A program made the position numbers and the translations under genes. From a virus (taxonomy: Duplodnaviria; Caudoviricetes), in the IMG/VR virus record IMGVR_UViG_3300048606_000008, positions 1-25,527 of that record: a stretch of 25,527 nt of DNA; one strand, written 5' to 3'. Under the pieces are notes generated by a model, which saw only the letters and a list, made by a program, of their open reading frames with translations, was not told the origin of the DNA and searched no databases. Of the stretch, positions 25,496-25,527 are shown piece after piece (positions within the stretch are counted from its first letter, which is position 1; the number at the start of each line of letters is the position of its first letter).

Positions 25496-25527
25496 AGCTT
25501 CCCCGCCTTGATCGCGTTGTACCTGTC
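25492..25527 (-). CDS. 3' end of a gene running off the window (...DRYNAIKAGKL*)
   Basis: Open frame ending in a TGA that overlaps the GTG at 25495. Confidence 0.4.
   Translation of the reverse strand, partial: DRYNAIKAGKL

Noticed and set aside
1-25527. CRISPR array or rRNA
   Set aside because: No regularly spaced repeat-spacer units or rRNA-like sequence seen

Overview
High-GC siphovirus segment, most likely an actinobacteriophage or prophage. The + strand carries the late (virion and lysis) operon in canonical order: Zn-finger HNH endonuclease, small and large terminase, portal, MuF/VG15-like head protein, scaffold, major capsid, head-tail connectors, major tail protein, tail assembly chaperones with a -1 frameshift, tape measure, Dit, Tal/hub, minor tail proteins and a beta-helix tailspike. 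A multi-membrane-protein lysis cassette with an amidase endolysin follows. After it comes a second structural module (small fibre-like protein, repeat protein, BppU-like protein) and a terminator hairpin. Convergent small minus-strand genes fill the right end, including a chimeric, N-truncated methyltransferase. The most unusual element is an ~89-nt candidate ncRNA (24530-24618) with its own extended -10 promoter. It folds as a circularly permuted tRNA (T-arm, loop-closed acceptor stem, D-arm) closed by a perfect 14-bp terminal stem; this is YrlA/Y-RNA-like topology, but no Ro60 gene is seen in the window. Also notable are a duplicated domain plus 20-aa repeat shared by the hub and a post-lysis protein, and a hairpin whose loop is complementary to three repeats covering the chaperone RBS. 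All product calls come from motif recognition and synteny by eye; no database searches were run.
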